Assembly: GCA_965243555.1 (NCBI GenBank)
Contig: OZ251575.1
Location: 3,685,880 to 3,749,879 of the forward strand
DNA length: 64,000 bases
Reading direction: 5' to 3'
Origin: Spirochaetia bacterium
GTDB lineage: Bacteria; Spirochaetota; Spirochaetia; SZUA-6; Bin103
Below the pieces are notes generated by a model. It saw only the letters and a program-made list of their open reading frames with translations, did no database searches and was not told the DNA's origin. Below, one piece after another: positions 44,005-58,313 of this stretch. The position numbers and the translations under genes are program-made. Every line of letters begins with the position of its first letter. The first letter of the stretch is position 1.

Positions 44005-46947
44005 TCAGTCGTCGAGGAGGCCGAGTTCGCGGAGGGGCTCCAGGACGTTGTGCTCCAGTTTGGCGGAGTCGAGGGGGCCGGCCGGGTTGGCGGCCTTGAT
44101 GCTGATGGTGACTTCGCCGGCCAGTTCGGCGAGGTTGGCGAGGGCGCGCCACGCCTCGTACAGCTCGCCGCTGCCGGCGGTGAACGAGATTGCCACGTCG
44201 CCGGCAGTTCCGGGGGCGGAGCGCGGGGGATCATCGGGACCGCCGGCGGTTCCGGTACCGGCGCCGGTGGGTTGGCGGACTTCGCCTCCGGTGGCGGCAA
44301 TGCCCTGCAGCGTCTGCGCCGGCGCGGGACCGCCGGCCCCGGCCCCGGTCGCGGTCGGGACGGCCGGCGCTGGCGCTACGGCGGGTTTCGGCAGCGCGGC
44401 GGGCAGGATGAGGAAGCCGGAGTCGAGGTCGATCTCGTCAGCGGCAACGGCGCGCTCGAAGGCGATGCGGCTGCGGTCAAGGCGGTAGCGGCCGTCCTCG
44501 CCGAGTGGCGGGCGGGCGGTGGCGTAGCCGAACAGGCCGGTCTCCACGCCGCGGGCGATGGCGGCGCGCACCACGCCGGTGGAGCGCAGGCGCGGGAAGC
44601 CGAGGAACGAGAAGAAGCCGGCGACCACCTCGGCGGTCGGGATGCCGGGCGCGGCGCCGTCCCGGCCGACGTTGAACAACTCGATGATCTTGCCCGGCGC
44701 GACGGTGTCGAAGACCAGGCGTCTCACCTCCGCCAGCAGCTCCATCAGCCGCTGGTGAATCAGGGCGTGCTTGCCGGCGCCGAGGGTGTTCCGCAACGGG
44801 CGCCCGCCCATGGCGACGGTTTCCAGGACAAGCGCGCCGGCGCCCGACTCCGGCAGCAGCACTGCCGCGTACAGCCCCAGCAGCGCCGACTCGGCGGCGG
44901 TCTCCTCGGTCGCCGCCCGCTCCTTGAGCTGGCTGCGCTGCGCCGCGGTGAGGTTGTGCTGCCGCGACCGTTCGCGCACCTGCTCCACGGCCAGCGCATA
45001 GCGCACCGCGCGGCGCAACCCCCGGATGCGGTCCGGGTCGGGCACGGCGAGCGCCAGACCGTTGCGGTACTCGCGCGCCCGCGGTCCGTGGTTCTCGCAC
45101 AGATCGCGCGCGGCCGCCTGCTGCTCGGCCGCAGAGCCGGCGGCGAACTCCAACGGCAGGTAGGCGATCAGAAAACGCGCGTCGCGGTCCGGCACGTCGG
45201 CCGAGCGCTCCGGCCAGATGATGGCCGGCTGGCCGGCAAGCCGTTCTTCGATCAGCGCCCGGATGCGGGCGCGCACGCGGCCCTCGTCCCGCGCGTCCGC
45301 CTCCTGCTCGACCAGCAGCGTCACGTTGGGGTCGCGCTTGAAGCAGTAGCGCGCGCCGTCGAAGTGGAGATACAGGCACTGCTCCCGCAGCTCCTTGAGG
45401 CACGCCTGCGCGGTGGTGCTGTCCAGGTCGGGACCGATGCTCACCCCCAGCAGCTCGGACTCGGTGATGCCGGGGGGCAGCGGGTCGCCCTCATCGTCAT
45501 CGCTCCCCGCCCGGCGCAGCCCGCCGAACGAGTAGAGCAGCATGATGGTCGCCAGGCGGGTGGCCGGTTCCCTGCCGGCCTCCGACGTCACCTCCCGCGC
45601 GCGCCGCCGGTCGATGCGCGGCGCGCGCGCGTTGCCGCCCACGAAGTCGTGCTCCAGACACGCCTGAAAATCCTCCCGCTGCCCCACCTCCTTGAAGAAC
45701 GCGAGGCGCACCTCGGCGTCCCGCAACGGCACGTCGCCGGGGCCGAGCAGCAGGCGCGACCGGCCCGCGCGGTGCGCGGCGCGCAGGCAGGCCGCCAGAA
45801 AGCGCAGGGCGCCGCGCGTGCGCTGGAAGTCCGGCACCGCCGCCCAGCGTTCCCGCATCAGGTCGATCAGCGCGGGATGAAAGGGGTAGGCGGCGCTGAT
45901 CCGGTCGCGCAACGCCATGCCTTCCTCCTCCGCCTGCCGCCGTTCGGCGTCGCCCTGCGCGTACGCCTGCCGCATCCGCGTGAACACCTGCCGGTACGCT
46001 TCGGCCACGCTCCCCGCGGCGTTCGCGTCCGGCGCCGCGGCCAGCAGCCGCCGCCGGATCACGTGGAGGATTTCGTTGCCGGCGACCGGCTCCCGCCGCT
46101 GGTCCTTGCGGGCGGCCAGGTGCTCGACGGTCTGCAGCAGCCCCGTGTACTCAAGCGACTCGCGCGCGCTCGACTGCAGCGAGTACACCAGCACCGCGTC
46201 ATCGACGGCGCCGACCGCCACGGTGAGCCGCTTCAGGAACGACAACGTCTCGTCGCGCAGGGTGGTCTGGCCCACGCGCACGCCGCCGGCGCTGATCAGG
46301 TATTCCAGGATTTCATCGAGGAGGATGAGGCTCGGCCCGCGCCGCAGCAGCTCGATCAGCACGTCGCCGCCGGGCGCCACGCGCGCTTCGTCCTGGCGCC
46401 GCAGCAGGGCGTAGCCGCCCGCCCCGCCGAGCGCCCAGCCGATCCATCCCCAGATCGTGCGCGCCGTCACCTCCGCCTGCGGCGCGCGCTTGCCGGCGGT
46501 GGCGTCGAAGAGCTGGCCGTCCACGACCGCCGCCCGCACCCGCTCCGGGCGCGGCAGGCCGGCCGCTTCCGGCAGCGCGGCGAGCGCGTCCCGCGACCGG
46601 GCGGCGTGCAGCAGCGCGGCGAGCGTGTGCGACTTGCCGCCGCCGAACGGGGTCATCAGCTTGAGCACGCGGTTGCCGCGCGCGCCGGCCAGCCGGCTCA
46701 GCACGTCGTCGAGCAGCGAGCGCAGCCCGGCGGTGAGGTAGGAGGCGGCGAAGAAGCTGCCGGGGTCGCGGTAGACGGCGGGCACGCGCGGCAACTCGGC
46801 GTCCGGCGCGCCCCGCTCCCTGCCGGTCAGATAATCGGACAACGCCCCCAGGTCGAGCGCGAATACGTCGTCGGAAAACTCGTCCGCCAGGACGTCCGGG
46901 TGCAGGGCGGCGCATTCGATCCAGGGCCGTAGCGGCGTGCCGTTCAT
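44005..46947 (-). CDS. DUF499-family ATPase (component of the DUF499/DUF1156/helicase restriction-modification-like system)
   Basis: 980 aa. Walker A-like 'KLMTPFGGGKSHTLAAL', Walker B 'SLILLDEILEY' and an Ala/Pro/Gly-rich linker before the C-terminal domain. Adjacent to the DUF1156 methyltransferase. Confidence 0.7.
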   Translation of the reverse strand: MNGTPLRPWIECAALHPDVLADEFSDDVFALDLGALSDYLTGRERGAPDAELPRVPAVYRDPGSFFAASYLTAGLRSLLDDVLSRLAGARGNRVLKLMTPFGGGKSHTLAALLHAARSRDALAALPEAAGLPRPERVRAAVVDGQLFDATAGKRAPQAEVTARTIWGWIGWALGGAGGYALLRRQDEARVAPGGDVLIELLRRGPSLILLDEILEYLISAGGVRVGQTTLRDETLSFLKRLTVAVGAVDDAVLVYSLQSSARESLEYTGLLQTVEHLAARKDQRREPVAGNEILHVIRRRLLAAAPDANAAGSVAEAYRQVFTRMRQAYAQGDAERRQAEEEGMALRDRISAAYPFHPALIDLMRERWAAVPDFQRTRGALRFLAACLRAAHRAGRSRLLLGPGDVPLRDAEVRLAFFKEVGQREDFQACLEHDFVGGNARAPRIDRRRAREVTSEAGREPATRLATIMLLYSFGGLRRAGSDDDEGDPLPPGITESELLGVSIGPDLDSTTAQACLKELREQCLYLHFDGARYCFKRDPNVTLLVEQEADARDEGRVRARIRALIEERLAGQPAIIWPERSADVPDRDARFLIAYLPLEFAAGSAAEQQAAARDLCENHGPRAREYRNGLALAVPDPDRIRGLRRAVRYALAVEQVRERSRQHNLTAAQRSQLKERAATEETAAESALLGLYAAVLLPESGAGALVLETVAMGGRPLRNTLGAGKHALIHQRLMELLAEVRRLVFDTVAPGKIIELFNVGRDGAAPGIPTAEVVAGFFSFLGFPRLRSTGVVRAAIARGVETGLFGYATARPPLGEDGRYRLDRSRIAFERAVAADEIDLDSGFLILPAALPKPAVAPAPAVPTATGAGAGGPAPAQTLQGIAATGGEVRQPTGAGTGTAGGPDDPPRSAPGTAGDVAISFTAGSGELYEAWRALANLAELAGEVTISIKAANPAGPLDSAKLEHNVLEPLRELGLLDD

Positions 46948-46962
46948 CGTACTCGTACTCCC

Positions 46963-49770
46963 TTACTCCAAGGACTCCCAGGCGAGTTTCCGTTGACCGG
47001 TCAGGCGGTCGGTTTCGTCGGCGAGCGAAGCGTGTTCGATGACGCTCCGCCAGTTGGCGTTGAGCCGGGCGCAGGCGCGCTGCTCGGCGCTGGCGGCGGC
47101 GCCGGTTTCCCGCAGCTCGGAGCGGCCGTGCACGGGGCCCGACAGCGCCTCGGTCACCAGGCGAAGCTGCTCCTGGTTGGGGCGCGCCGCGGCGAGATAC
47201 TCCTGCAGCTCCGCCGGCCGGTTGTCGAGCAGCCAGAGCACGCGGTGGAGGACGTCGACGAGCGGCGCCGCCCGGTCCTGCCCGGCGCGCCCGACGGAGG
47301 CGTGGCCGCCGCGCTCCTCATAGGTGCGCACGCGGAACTTCGTACCGGCCTTTTCGACCGGCGCCGGCGGCGGCCCGGCGGTTCCGCCGGCGCCGCCGAT
47401 CTCGATGCCCTGCGCCTGGCAGAAGACGTAGGCTTCGCCGGCGTCGATGCTCCACTCCCGGTAGCTGAAGCGCCACAGGATGTAGAACCGCGTGAGCGCG
47501 TCGACCGACCCGACCGCCGCCTGCGGCAGCCCGAAGATTTCCTCGAGAATCACCTCCAGGACCGCGCCTTCCACTTCCCTCAAAAAACGCTCGGCAGGGA
47601 CTGGCTCGCCGTTCGCGTACTCGACGGCGGCGAAGCGGGTGTAGGCGCGCAGGCCGGCGCCGACCGCGGCCATCAGCAGGTCGGCGCCGCCGATGCCGGA
47701 ACCGCCGGCCCAGAGGGTCCGCACCCGTTCGCGGGCGATGCGGTGCAGTTCCGGCGCCACTTCGGTCTCGTAGCGGCCGGCCGCCGCCTCCTCCCGCCGG
47801 CGGGCGACGAAGAAGATGCTGTCGGACAGCGCCGCGGCGCCGTGCGCGTTGACGCGGCCGCGTGACTCGGTCTGCACCGGCCACGCTTCGGTGACGGTGA
47901 GCCCGGCGTCGATCAGGGCGCGGATCAAGGTGGCCCAGCCGGCGGTGGTGCGATGCGCGTAGACGCAGACCAGCGGCGCCCCCGGCTTGAGGACGCGCCG
48001 CATCTCGGCGAAGGAGCGGCGCATCAGTTCCTGGTAGTGCGCGTCCGCCCTCGCGGCGTCGCCGCCGTGCTGGCTCGGTTGCGCGACTGCTTCGCGGCGC
48101 TTGGGCGGCGCCGGGAGCGTAAAGTGTTCGGGGTAGAGGTCGCCGAGGATGCGCTTCAACCAGACGTAGAAGAACGCCGACAGGTCGGCGTAGTAGATGC
48201 TGCTGTAGTACGGCGGATCGGTAATCACCGCATCGAAAGTTTCGTCAGCGTAGAACAGCTTCTCCGCGTTGCCGCGGGTCACGACCGCCGGAGTTCCGAT
48301 CCTGGCAAGCTCGCGAATGCAGTACGCCTCCCGGTCAAAGGCATGCTGAAGGCAGCCCTCTGTCGGAGCGAGGAAGTTGATCTCCGAGAATCCGTAGATC
48401 ATTTTCAGCGCCTGACGATCGCCGACAGCACCTTTGGTACGCTGCCCTGCCGGCTCCCACCGCGCAAACTTGTTGAACGCAATGACCAAGCGGCCGAACG
48501 CCATTCCGAAGTACGCCGCCAGCGCCAGCGCTCGCTCCCGGTCCATCCCCGCTTGGCACATCTCGCTGTGGATGCCTCGTATGTGCTTGATAAGGGTGTA
48601 GAGAACCAGCAGTTGCCGAGGCGTGAACAGATCTTGGTAGCGTTCCACGCCGTAACCCGGCAGCTGGTCGCGGAGCTTTCCCTGCAAAGCCTCACTCGGA
48701 CGGTTGCAGCCGAGTTCCCGTTCCAGTCTCGACAGGCGATGTTCCAGTTTCTCCTCTGCAGGAAACGTGGTCACTTCCGGGCTCAGGTACAGCCTGGGAT
48801 GCTGCTGGGCTACCACGGCCGCAAGTGACTCCCCCATCCGTCCGGCCGCTGCCATCTCCTTGACGTGAGAGGAGGGCGCCGGCGTGTTGCATGCAACGCA
48901 CACGGCTTGGCCGGCACGGGTCTGCTCGGTCTGCTCCGCCACGTCGCGGGCGTCCTTGCCCGATACGATGTCCCAGATCAGCCGGTTATTGGCGTCAATG
49001 CGGGGAACCGCGGCCACGGCGCCGCCCATCAGCTTGCGCAGCCACGTTTGCCTGACCAGCGGCACCGGTGCGGCGCAGCCGGGACGCCGGCAGGGGACGG
49101 TGCGCGCCCAGATGTAGGCGATCGGCTCGGTGAGGCGGTCGTGGGCAGCTTCGCCGCCGAACAGGAGTGTCTGCGCGGCTACCGCCGGGTCCGCCTCGGG
49201 GACCGAGATCGGGGGATAGATGTCGCCAACGTCCCGCCGCATCCGCTCCTTCAGGACTTCGCTCCACCGTTCGAAATCATCGGCAAGCCTGGCGCCGAAC
49301 TGCTGCGGGTACACCAGCGTGCATAACTCGATCAGATGCGCCACCGGGTTGTAGTCGATGGCGTGGCTCTCGCAGCCGAGGCGCGCCGCCTCCAGCGGTA
49401 TCGCACCGCCGCCGGCAAACGGATCGAGCACTTTCGGCGCTCGCCCGCCGTTGAGTTCCCTGATGCGAACGGCGGCCTTGCTGACCGTCTCCGGCTCCGG
49501 CCGGTACGCCGCCAACTGCCCGACGAACCCCGCAGCCTCCTCACGTTCCTCGTCGCTACGCGGCATCGGCGCGAGCGCCGCATAAATCGCTGCGCGCATC
49601 GCCGTAATCGGCTTCCGTCCAGGCCAGTAATGCACCAGCGCCACGTACCGCCGCGGATGCAGCTTCTCCCGCGACGCGATCTCGCTGAGCACGTTCAACG
49701 GCAGATAATCCTCGATCAGCCGCCGATCTTCGCCCGGCAACGTCACCCGGCCGGTCGTCCGGCGACGCAC
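46963..49770 (-). CDS. DUF1156-family DNA methyltransferase (N6-adenine type, 'DPPY')
   Basis: 935 aa. N-terminal 'IEDYLPLNVLSEIASREK', AdoMet motif 'VLDPFAGGGAIPLEAARLG', motif IV 'VITDPPYY', and a Cys cluster 'CRRPGC..CVAC' consistent with a Zn ribbon. Confidence 0.75.
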   Translation of the reverse strand: MRRRTTGRVTLPGEDRRLIEDYLPLNVLSEIASREKLHPRRYVALVHYWPGRKPITAMRAAIYAALAPMPRSDEEREEAAGFVGQLAAYRPEPETVSKAAVRIRELNGGRAPKVLDPFAGGGAIPLEAARLGCESHAIDYNPVAHLIELCTLVYPQQFGARLADDFERWSEVLKERMRRDVGDIYPPISVPEADPAVAAQTLLFGGEAAHDRLTEPIAYIWARTVPCRRPGCAAPVPLVRQTWLRKLMGGAVAAVPRIDANNRLIWDIVSGKDARDVAEQTEQTRAGQAVCVACNTPAPSSHVKEMAAAGRMGESLAAVVAQQHPRLYLSPEVTTFPAEEKLEHRLSRLERELGCNRPSEALQGKLRDQLPGYGVERYQDLFTPRQLLVLYTLIKHIRGIHSEMCQAGMDRERALALAAYFGMAFGRLVIAFNKFARWEPAGQRTKGAVGDRQALKMIYGFSEINFLAPTEGCLQHAFDREAYCIRELARIGTPAVVTRGNAEKLFYADETFDAVITDPPYYSSIYYADLSAFFYVWLKRILGDLYPEHFTLPAPPKRREAVAQPSQHGGDAARADAHYQELMRRSFAEMRRVLKPGAPLVCVYAHRTTAGWATLIRALIDAGLTVTEAWPVQTESRGRVNAHGAAALSDSIFFVARRREEAAAGRYETEVAPELHRIARERVRTLWAGGSGIGGADLLMAAVGAGLRAYTRFAAVEYANGEPVPAERFLREVEGAVLEVILEEIFGLPQAAVGSVDALTRFYILWRFSYREWSIDAGEAYVFCQAQGIEIGGAGGTAGPPPAPVEKAGTKFRVRTYEERGGHASVGRAGQDRAAPLVDVLHRVLWLLDNRPAELQEYLAAARPNQEQLRLVTEALSGPVHGRSELRETGAAASAEQRACARLNANWRSVIEHASLADETDRLTGQRKLAWESLE

Positions 49771-49795
49771 ACGACGCCGGTGGCGGCAGTCGGCA

Positions 49796-50646
49796 CTATT
49801 CCTTCTCGACGTCCGGCCGGCGGCTCAGCAGCGCCTCGAGTTCGGCAAGCCGCGCCTCCGCCGCCCGGCGCGCGGCCGCTTCCTGCCGGCGCGCAGCCGT
49901 TTCCTGCCGCAGGCGGGCTTCCGCCGCCTGACGCGCGGCCGCTTCCTCCCGGCGGGCGGCCGCTTCTTGCCGGACGCGGTCCTCCGCCGCTTGTCGTGCG
50001 GCCGCTTCTTCCCGGCGCGCGGCCGCTTCCTGCAGGAGTTGGTCGTCGGTCTCCGCCAAGTCCGGCAGATCCTCCCCCGTCTGCGGATCGTGGAACCGCA
50101 GCCGCTCCTCCGCCACCTGCGCCCGCAACTCCAGTCCCAGCACCTCGCTCCGCAGCGCCAGCGTTCCGTCCGCCAACTCCCGCACCGGCAGCGGCTCGTA
50201 GTCGCGGTCCGCCAACGCCAACCCCTGCAGCGGCGGGTCCAGATAGTCCCGCGTCGGATCGTACTGGCAGTACTCCCGCACCCCCAGCCGCCGATACAAC
50301 CGCCGCTTCTCGTGGTCCTCCCGCCACGTACTCTTCGACGTGATCTCCAACACGAAGTCCGGCGCCTTCGGTTCCTTCCACAGAAAGTACGACGAGCGCT
50401 TGACGTCGCGCGCCCCGAACACCACGAACACGTCCGGCGCCACACTCTTGCGTTCGTTGTCCTCTTCGTAATAGATCAACAGGTTCCCGGATACGTACAC
50501 GTCCGGGTCGTTGCGAAAGTAGCGCCGCAGCCGGTCCACGGCGTAGATGAGCGGGTGCAGTTGAAAGTCGCTTTCGGCCATCGGCTTGCCGTCGGAACTG
50601 GGGTAGTCAACCGCCGCCGCTACCGGCGCGCTGAGTGAACTTGCCA
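49796..50646 (-). CDS. Uma2-family (DUF820, PD-(D/E)XK) endonuclease with a C-terminal coiled-coil repeat tail
   Basis: 'DYPSSDGKPMAESDFQ', 'PDVFVVFG' and 'DFVLEITSKST' form the Uma2 core. The C-terminus carries three 21-aa repeats. Confidence 0.7.
49847..50035 (-). repeat. Three tandem 63-bp repeats encoding (R/L)QEAAARREEAAARQAAE(A/D)R(L/V) inside the Uma2 gene
   Basis: The periodicity is visible directly in both DNA (gcggccgcttcctgccggcg...) and protein. Confidence 0.6.
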
Positions 50647-50649
50647 TCG

Positions 50650-50965
50650 ACCACGCCTCCTGACGCCGCCCATCATAGCACGCCGCCCCCCGCCGCAACA
50701 GGGCGGATGACCTGCGGGCCTTCATCGCCGAGCACGCCGCCGTGCTCAAGACCATCGACGGAAGCTGACCAATCAGGCGAGCCGCCGGCCGAGATCGACC
50801 GGCGGACGGCGGCGGCGGGGAACGGCGCGCGCTGCCGCAGGGCCAGCTCGCGGCAGAAGGTCCAGAACGGCAGCACGCGGGCGATGACTCGTCGCTCCCG
50901 GCGCCGAGCAGCGACAGCGCGAAGGTCGTCTTGCCGACTTGGCGCGGGCCGCCCACGAACACCAT
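50650..50965 (-). pseudogene. Fragment of an AAA ATPase (DUF4143/AAA_14-like N-terminus 'VFVGGPRQVGKTTFALSLL') without the rest of the protein
   Basis: Only about 25 residues of recognisable Walker A context. The remainder of the frame is Ser/Pro/Ala-rich low complexity. It runs into the Uma2 gene. Confidence 0.3.
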
Positions 50966-51074
50966 GCGCGCGGCAAGGTCGGCGGTGACCGCGGGGGCGA
51001 GGTAGCGGGGCGCTGATGGTTTGGTTGGTCGTGGTGGATTGACGATCGGACCCGGTCAAGGTAGAAGTGTGGGC

Positions 51075-51665
51075 ATGGCGGTCACGAGCCAGCCGGCGCC
51101 GGCGGCGCCGACAGCGTCCCTGTTGCGCGGTGAGCGGGAATATCTGCGGCTTACCGACCACACCAATCGCGTGGTCGAGCTCGCCGGCGGCCGCATGCAG
51201 GAGTTGTCCATGCCGACCGATACGCATCAGGCCGTGCTCCTGTTCCTGTACCTGCGGTTCCACGGCTACCTGGAACCGCGCGGCGGCGTCGTCAGAGTCG
51301 CCCCGTTGCGCCTGCGAGTCCGCGAAGGCACGTTCCGCGAACCGGACGTGCTGCTCCTCCGCGACCGCTCCGACCCGCGCCGCCAGGACCGCTACTGGTT
51401 GGGCGCGGATCTGGTGGTAGAGGTCGTGAGCCCGGATGACCCGGACCGCGACCTGGTGGAGAAGCGCGCCGACTACGCCGCGGCCGGCATCCCGGAGTAC
51501 TGGATCGCCGACCCGCGCGGCGAGTCCGTCACGGTCCTCACCTTGCAGGGCATCTACGTTGAGCACGGCACTTTCGCGCGGGGGGAGACGGCTACCTCAC
51601 CGTTGCTGCCCGGTTTCACCGCGGACGTCGGCGCGGTCTTCGACGCCCCGGAGTCCGGCGCCTGA
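51075..51665 (+). CDS. Uma2-family (DUF820) endonuclease
   Basis: 196 aa. 'REPDVLLL', 'ADLVVEVVSPDD' and 'EKRADYAAAGIPEYWIADP' form the PD-(D/E)XK core of Uma2 proteins. Divergent to the other Uma2 gene. Confidence 0.7.
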   Translation: MAVTSQPAPAAPTASLLRGEREYLRLTDHTNRVVELAGGRMQELSMPTDTHQAVLLFLYLRFHGYLEPRGGVVRVAPLRLRVREGTFREPDVLLLRDRSDPRRQDRYWLGADLVVEVVSPDDPDRDLVEKRADYAAAGIPEYWIADPRGESVTVLTLQGIYVEHGTFARGETATSPLLPGFTADVGAVFDAPESGA

Positions 51666-51721
51666 ACGGCGTTTGGCGACCGCCGTCCCGCCGTAGAGCG
51701 CGTAGGTATGCCCCACACTGG

Positions 51722-53644
51722 TCACTCGTCGGCATGATCGGCGGCATTGCCGAGGCATCCCATCTCCCGGAGAAATCGTGACGGCTCCTTTCTCCATCCC
51801 CGGTACGACCGCGCCCGCGACAGAATCAACCGCTGCCGGACGCGGGTGATAGCCACGAAACACTCTCGGCGCTCTTCCTCGATGCCAGCCTCACTCTTGA
51901 TGCTGCGCCAGGATGGCAGGATTTCCTCCGCCAATCCGATCAGGTATACGGTGTCGAATTCCCGCCCCTTGGCGCGATGAATGGTCATCAGCGAGGGTGC
52001 GCCCGATGGCGGTCCGGCTTCCTTTGTTCGCAAGTGAAGCTCCTGCAGGAAACGGTCGAGCGAGGAATGCCCGTGAACGCCGCGGATTTCGCGGGAGAGT
52101 CGCCGCCACGCACTCAGGTCATCCTTGAGGTCGTCGTCCGGATCGTGGCGCTCGAAGTACGTGAGCACCTGGCCGACAGCGGCGGCGGGCGTAATGGCTC
52201 CGGCGGCGAGTTGCGCGATCGGGGCAACCAGGGATTGGCCGCCGCCTGCGGCTCCGGCTTCTTCGACGCCGTCAATCCATGCCGACAGCCACGTGACGCC
52301 TTCGGATTCCGATCTGGACGCGATCTTCCCCCGGTCCACCTGCGCTTCTGAGAACTGTTCGAACGACCGGAGGAGCACCGCCATGTTGCGCCGGTCCATC
52401 GGGCGCTGAACCTGCTCCAGGCAGGCGACGAGCCAGCGCATTTCGGCGGAAGCGAAGTCCCCGCGCCGCACGTCGAGATACGCCGCAACGTTGCGCTTTC
52501 TCAGGGCGTCACGGATGGTCTGCAGCGGCGCCCGGTTTCGGGCCAGCACTGCGGCGCCGCTCCGCTCCGTGGGGCGCAGGCCTGCGATCTCGTCGGCAAC
52601 ACCGGCGATTTCTTGCGCGTCGGTGGCGAACTCCAGGCATCGGATCGGCGCACCGTTCGGGCTCGCGGAATGGCCGATCGTTGCGGTCGCCGGGCGCTTC
52701 GCTCGCACGCGGTTGGCGTTGTAGACGACCAGGCGATTCGCGGCCTCGACGATGTCCGGCGGACAGCGGAAGTTCGTCGGCAGTTGAATCACCTCGCAGC
52801 CGAAGTCCCGCACCAGGTCGCGGATGCGGCGCACGTTGGCGCCGTTCCATTCGTAGATCGTCTGATCGTCGTCGGCGACGGCCATGACTTCGCGGAAGCC
52901 CCCGCCCGCCATGCGCCGAAACAGCTCGTACTGGGCGCGGTTGGTGTCCTGGAATTCGTCGACCAGCCAATACCGGTAGGCCGTCTGGTAGTGCCTGGCC
53001 ATTGCCGGGTAGCCGAACAGCCGATGCGCCTCCAGGAGGAGCGAGCCGAAGTCCAGCGCGTTGGCGCGGCGGAGTTCGTCCTCGTACCGGCGGTAGGCTT
53101 GCGCGACGCGGGCGGCATTCTCGGCTACCTCGCCGTTCATGGCCGCCAGATGCCGTTCCGCCTGCTCCGGCTCCACGAGCCGGTCCTTGAGATGATCTAT
53201 CCACGGCAGCAGCCACCCGGCGTCGCTCGTATGCCGTGCGCCGCCGCGGCGCAACGCGTCGCTCAGTACCGCGTGCCGGTCCGCCGGCTGCGAATAGATC
53301 GCGAAGTCGGTCTTGATGCCGAGGTGGACACCGTGCAGCCGCAGCACTTCGGCGCAGAAGCTATGGAAGGTGGCGATGGTGGCGCGTCCTTCGAGCCCGG
53401 GCGCCAAGTTGGCGACCCGGCTTGCCATCGCGTGCGCCGCGGCGTTGGAGAAGGTCAGCGCAAGGATACGGAACCGCCGGTCGCGGGACGCATCGAGCAG
53501 GCGGGCAACGCGGCACGTGAGCACGCGCGTCTTGCCGGAGCCCGGGCCGGCCAGCACAAGGAGGGGGCCGCCGTTCCAATCCACGGCTTGGCGCTGGATG
53601 TCGGTCAATTCGGCGAGCGACGATTCCAGCGGGGCGCCTGTCAC
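51722..53644 (-). CDS. UvrD/Rep-family DNA helicase
   Basis: 640 aa. 'LVLAGPGSGKTRVLT' (motif I), 'YWLVDEFQDTN' (motif II), 'DDDQTIYEWNGA' and 'TIHRAKGREFD' (motif VI). Confidence 0.85.
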   Translation of the reverse strand: MTGAPLESSLAELTDIQRQAVDWNGGPLLVLAGPGSGKTRVLTCRVARLLDASRDRRFRILALTFSNAAAHAMASRVANLAPGLEGRATIATFHSFCAEVLRLHGVHLGIKTDFAIYSQPADRHAVLSDALRRGGARHTSDAGWLLPWIDHLKDRLVEPEQAERHLAAMNGEVAENAARVAQAYRRYEDELRRANALDFGSLLLEAHRLFGYPAMARHYQTAYRYWLVDEFQDTNRAQYELFRRMAGGGFREVMAVADDDQTIYEWNGANVRRIRDLVRDFGCEVIQLPTNFRCPPDIVEAANRLVVYNANRVRAKRPATATIGHSASPNGAPIRCLEFATDAQEIAGVADEIAGLRPTERSGAAVLARNRAPLQTIRDALRKRNVAAYLDVRRGDFASAEMRWLVACLEQVQRPMDRRNMAVLLRSFEQFSEAQVDRGKIASRSESEGVTWLSAWIDGVEEAGAAGGGQSLVAPIAQLAAGAITPAAAVGQVLTYFERHDPDDDLKDDLSAWRRLSREIRGVHGHSSLDRFLQELHLRTKEAGPPSGAPSLMTIHRAKGREFDTVYLIGLAEEILPSWRSIKSEAGIEEERRECFVAITRVRQRLILSRARSYRGWRKEPSRFLREMGCLGNAADHADE

Positions 53645-53755
53645 CGGAGCCCCCTCAAGTCGCCGACTGCCTCGCGGAACGCACGAACACTGTGGTTTCG
53701 CCCAGATCGACGGCGAGGTGACGGATCGATCGGAAGTTGCGGATCTCGATCCGGG

Positions 53756-57331
<3,576 letters not shown>

Positions 57332-57433
57332 GGCCCGCAAATATAACCCGGAACGTGCGGAACAGACAGAACGGCGCCCGGCGGCGGCTTGGCGTTGTCC
57401 GTGCAAGACAATAGAATAGACCTGTGCGGCGGC

Positions 57434-58300
57434 ATGATCCGGATCGGGATTGACACCGGGGGGACGTTCACCGATCTGGTGGCGTTCGCGCCGGACGGCG
57501 GGAGCCTGGCGTTCCATAAGGTGGCGTCCACGCCGGACGACCCGGCGCGCGGCATAATTCGCGGCATCCGGGAAATCGTGGACCGCATCGGCGCCCGCGC
57601 GGAGGAGATCGAGCTGCTGGTGCACGGCACCACGGTGGCGACCAACGCGGTGCTGCAGCGCGCCGGCGCGCGGGTGGCGTTGATCACGACCGCCGGCTTC
57701 CGCGACGTGCTGCAGATCCATCGGCAGGACCGCCCGCGGCTGTACGACCTGCGCGGCCGGCGCGCCCGGCCGCTGGTGCCGCGCGCGTTGCGCTACGAGT
57801 TGCGCGAGCGCGTGCGCTTCGACGGCAGCGTGCAGACGCCGCTCGACCACGCGCAGCTGGACGGCCTGATCGACGCGTTGCGCCGGGAGGGGGTGGACGC
57901 GGTTGCCGTGGGGCTGCTGCACAGCTACGCCAACCCCGCGCACGAGCAGGCGGTGGGCCGGGCGCTCGCCGAACGCCTGCCGGAGGCGGCGGTGTGCCTG
58001 TCGCATGAGCTGGCCGGCGAGCAGGGCGAGTACGAGCGCTTCAGTACTTGCGCCATGAACGCCTTCGTGCAGCCGGTGGTCGCGCGCTATCTGGGGCGGC
58101 TGGAACGGAGCCTGGCCGCGCACGGCGCCGCCGCGCCGCTGTTCATCATGAAGTCCAGCGGCGGCGTGACCTCGGCGCAGGCCGCCGCCCGCCGCGCCGT
58201 GGAGACCGTGCTGTCGGGCCCGGCGGGCGGCATCGTGGCCGGCGCCGCGGTGGCGCGCGGGGACGCCGACTACCGCAACCTGATTACCGCAGACATGGCC
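57434..58300 (+). pseudogene. hyuA (hydantoinase/oxoprolinase A) N-terminal fragment, truncated after 'NLITADM'
   Basis: 'MIRIGIDTGGTFTDLVAF' start and hydantoinase-A motifs up to 'SGPAGGIVAGA...ITADM'. The frame then departs from the family consensus (expected 'GGTTTD'). Confidence 0.6.
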
Positions 58301-58313
58301 CGGAGAACGCCTC

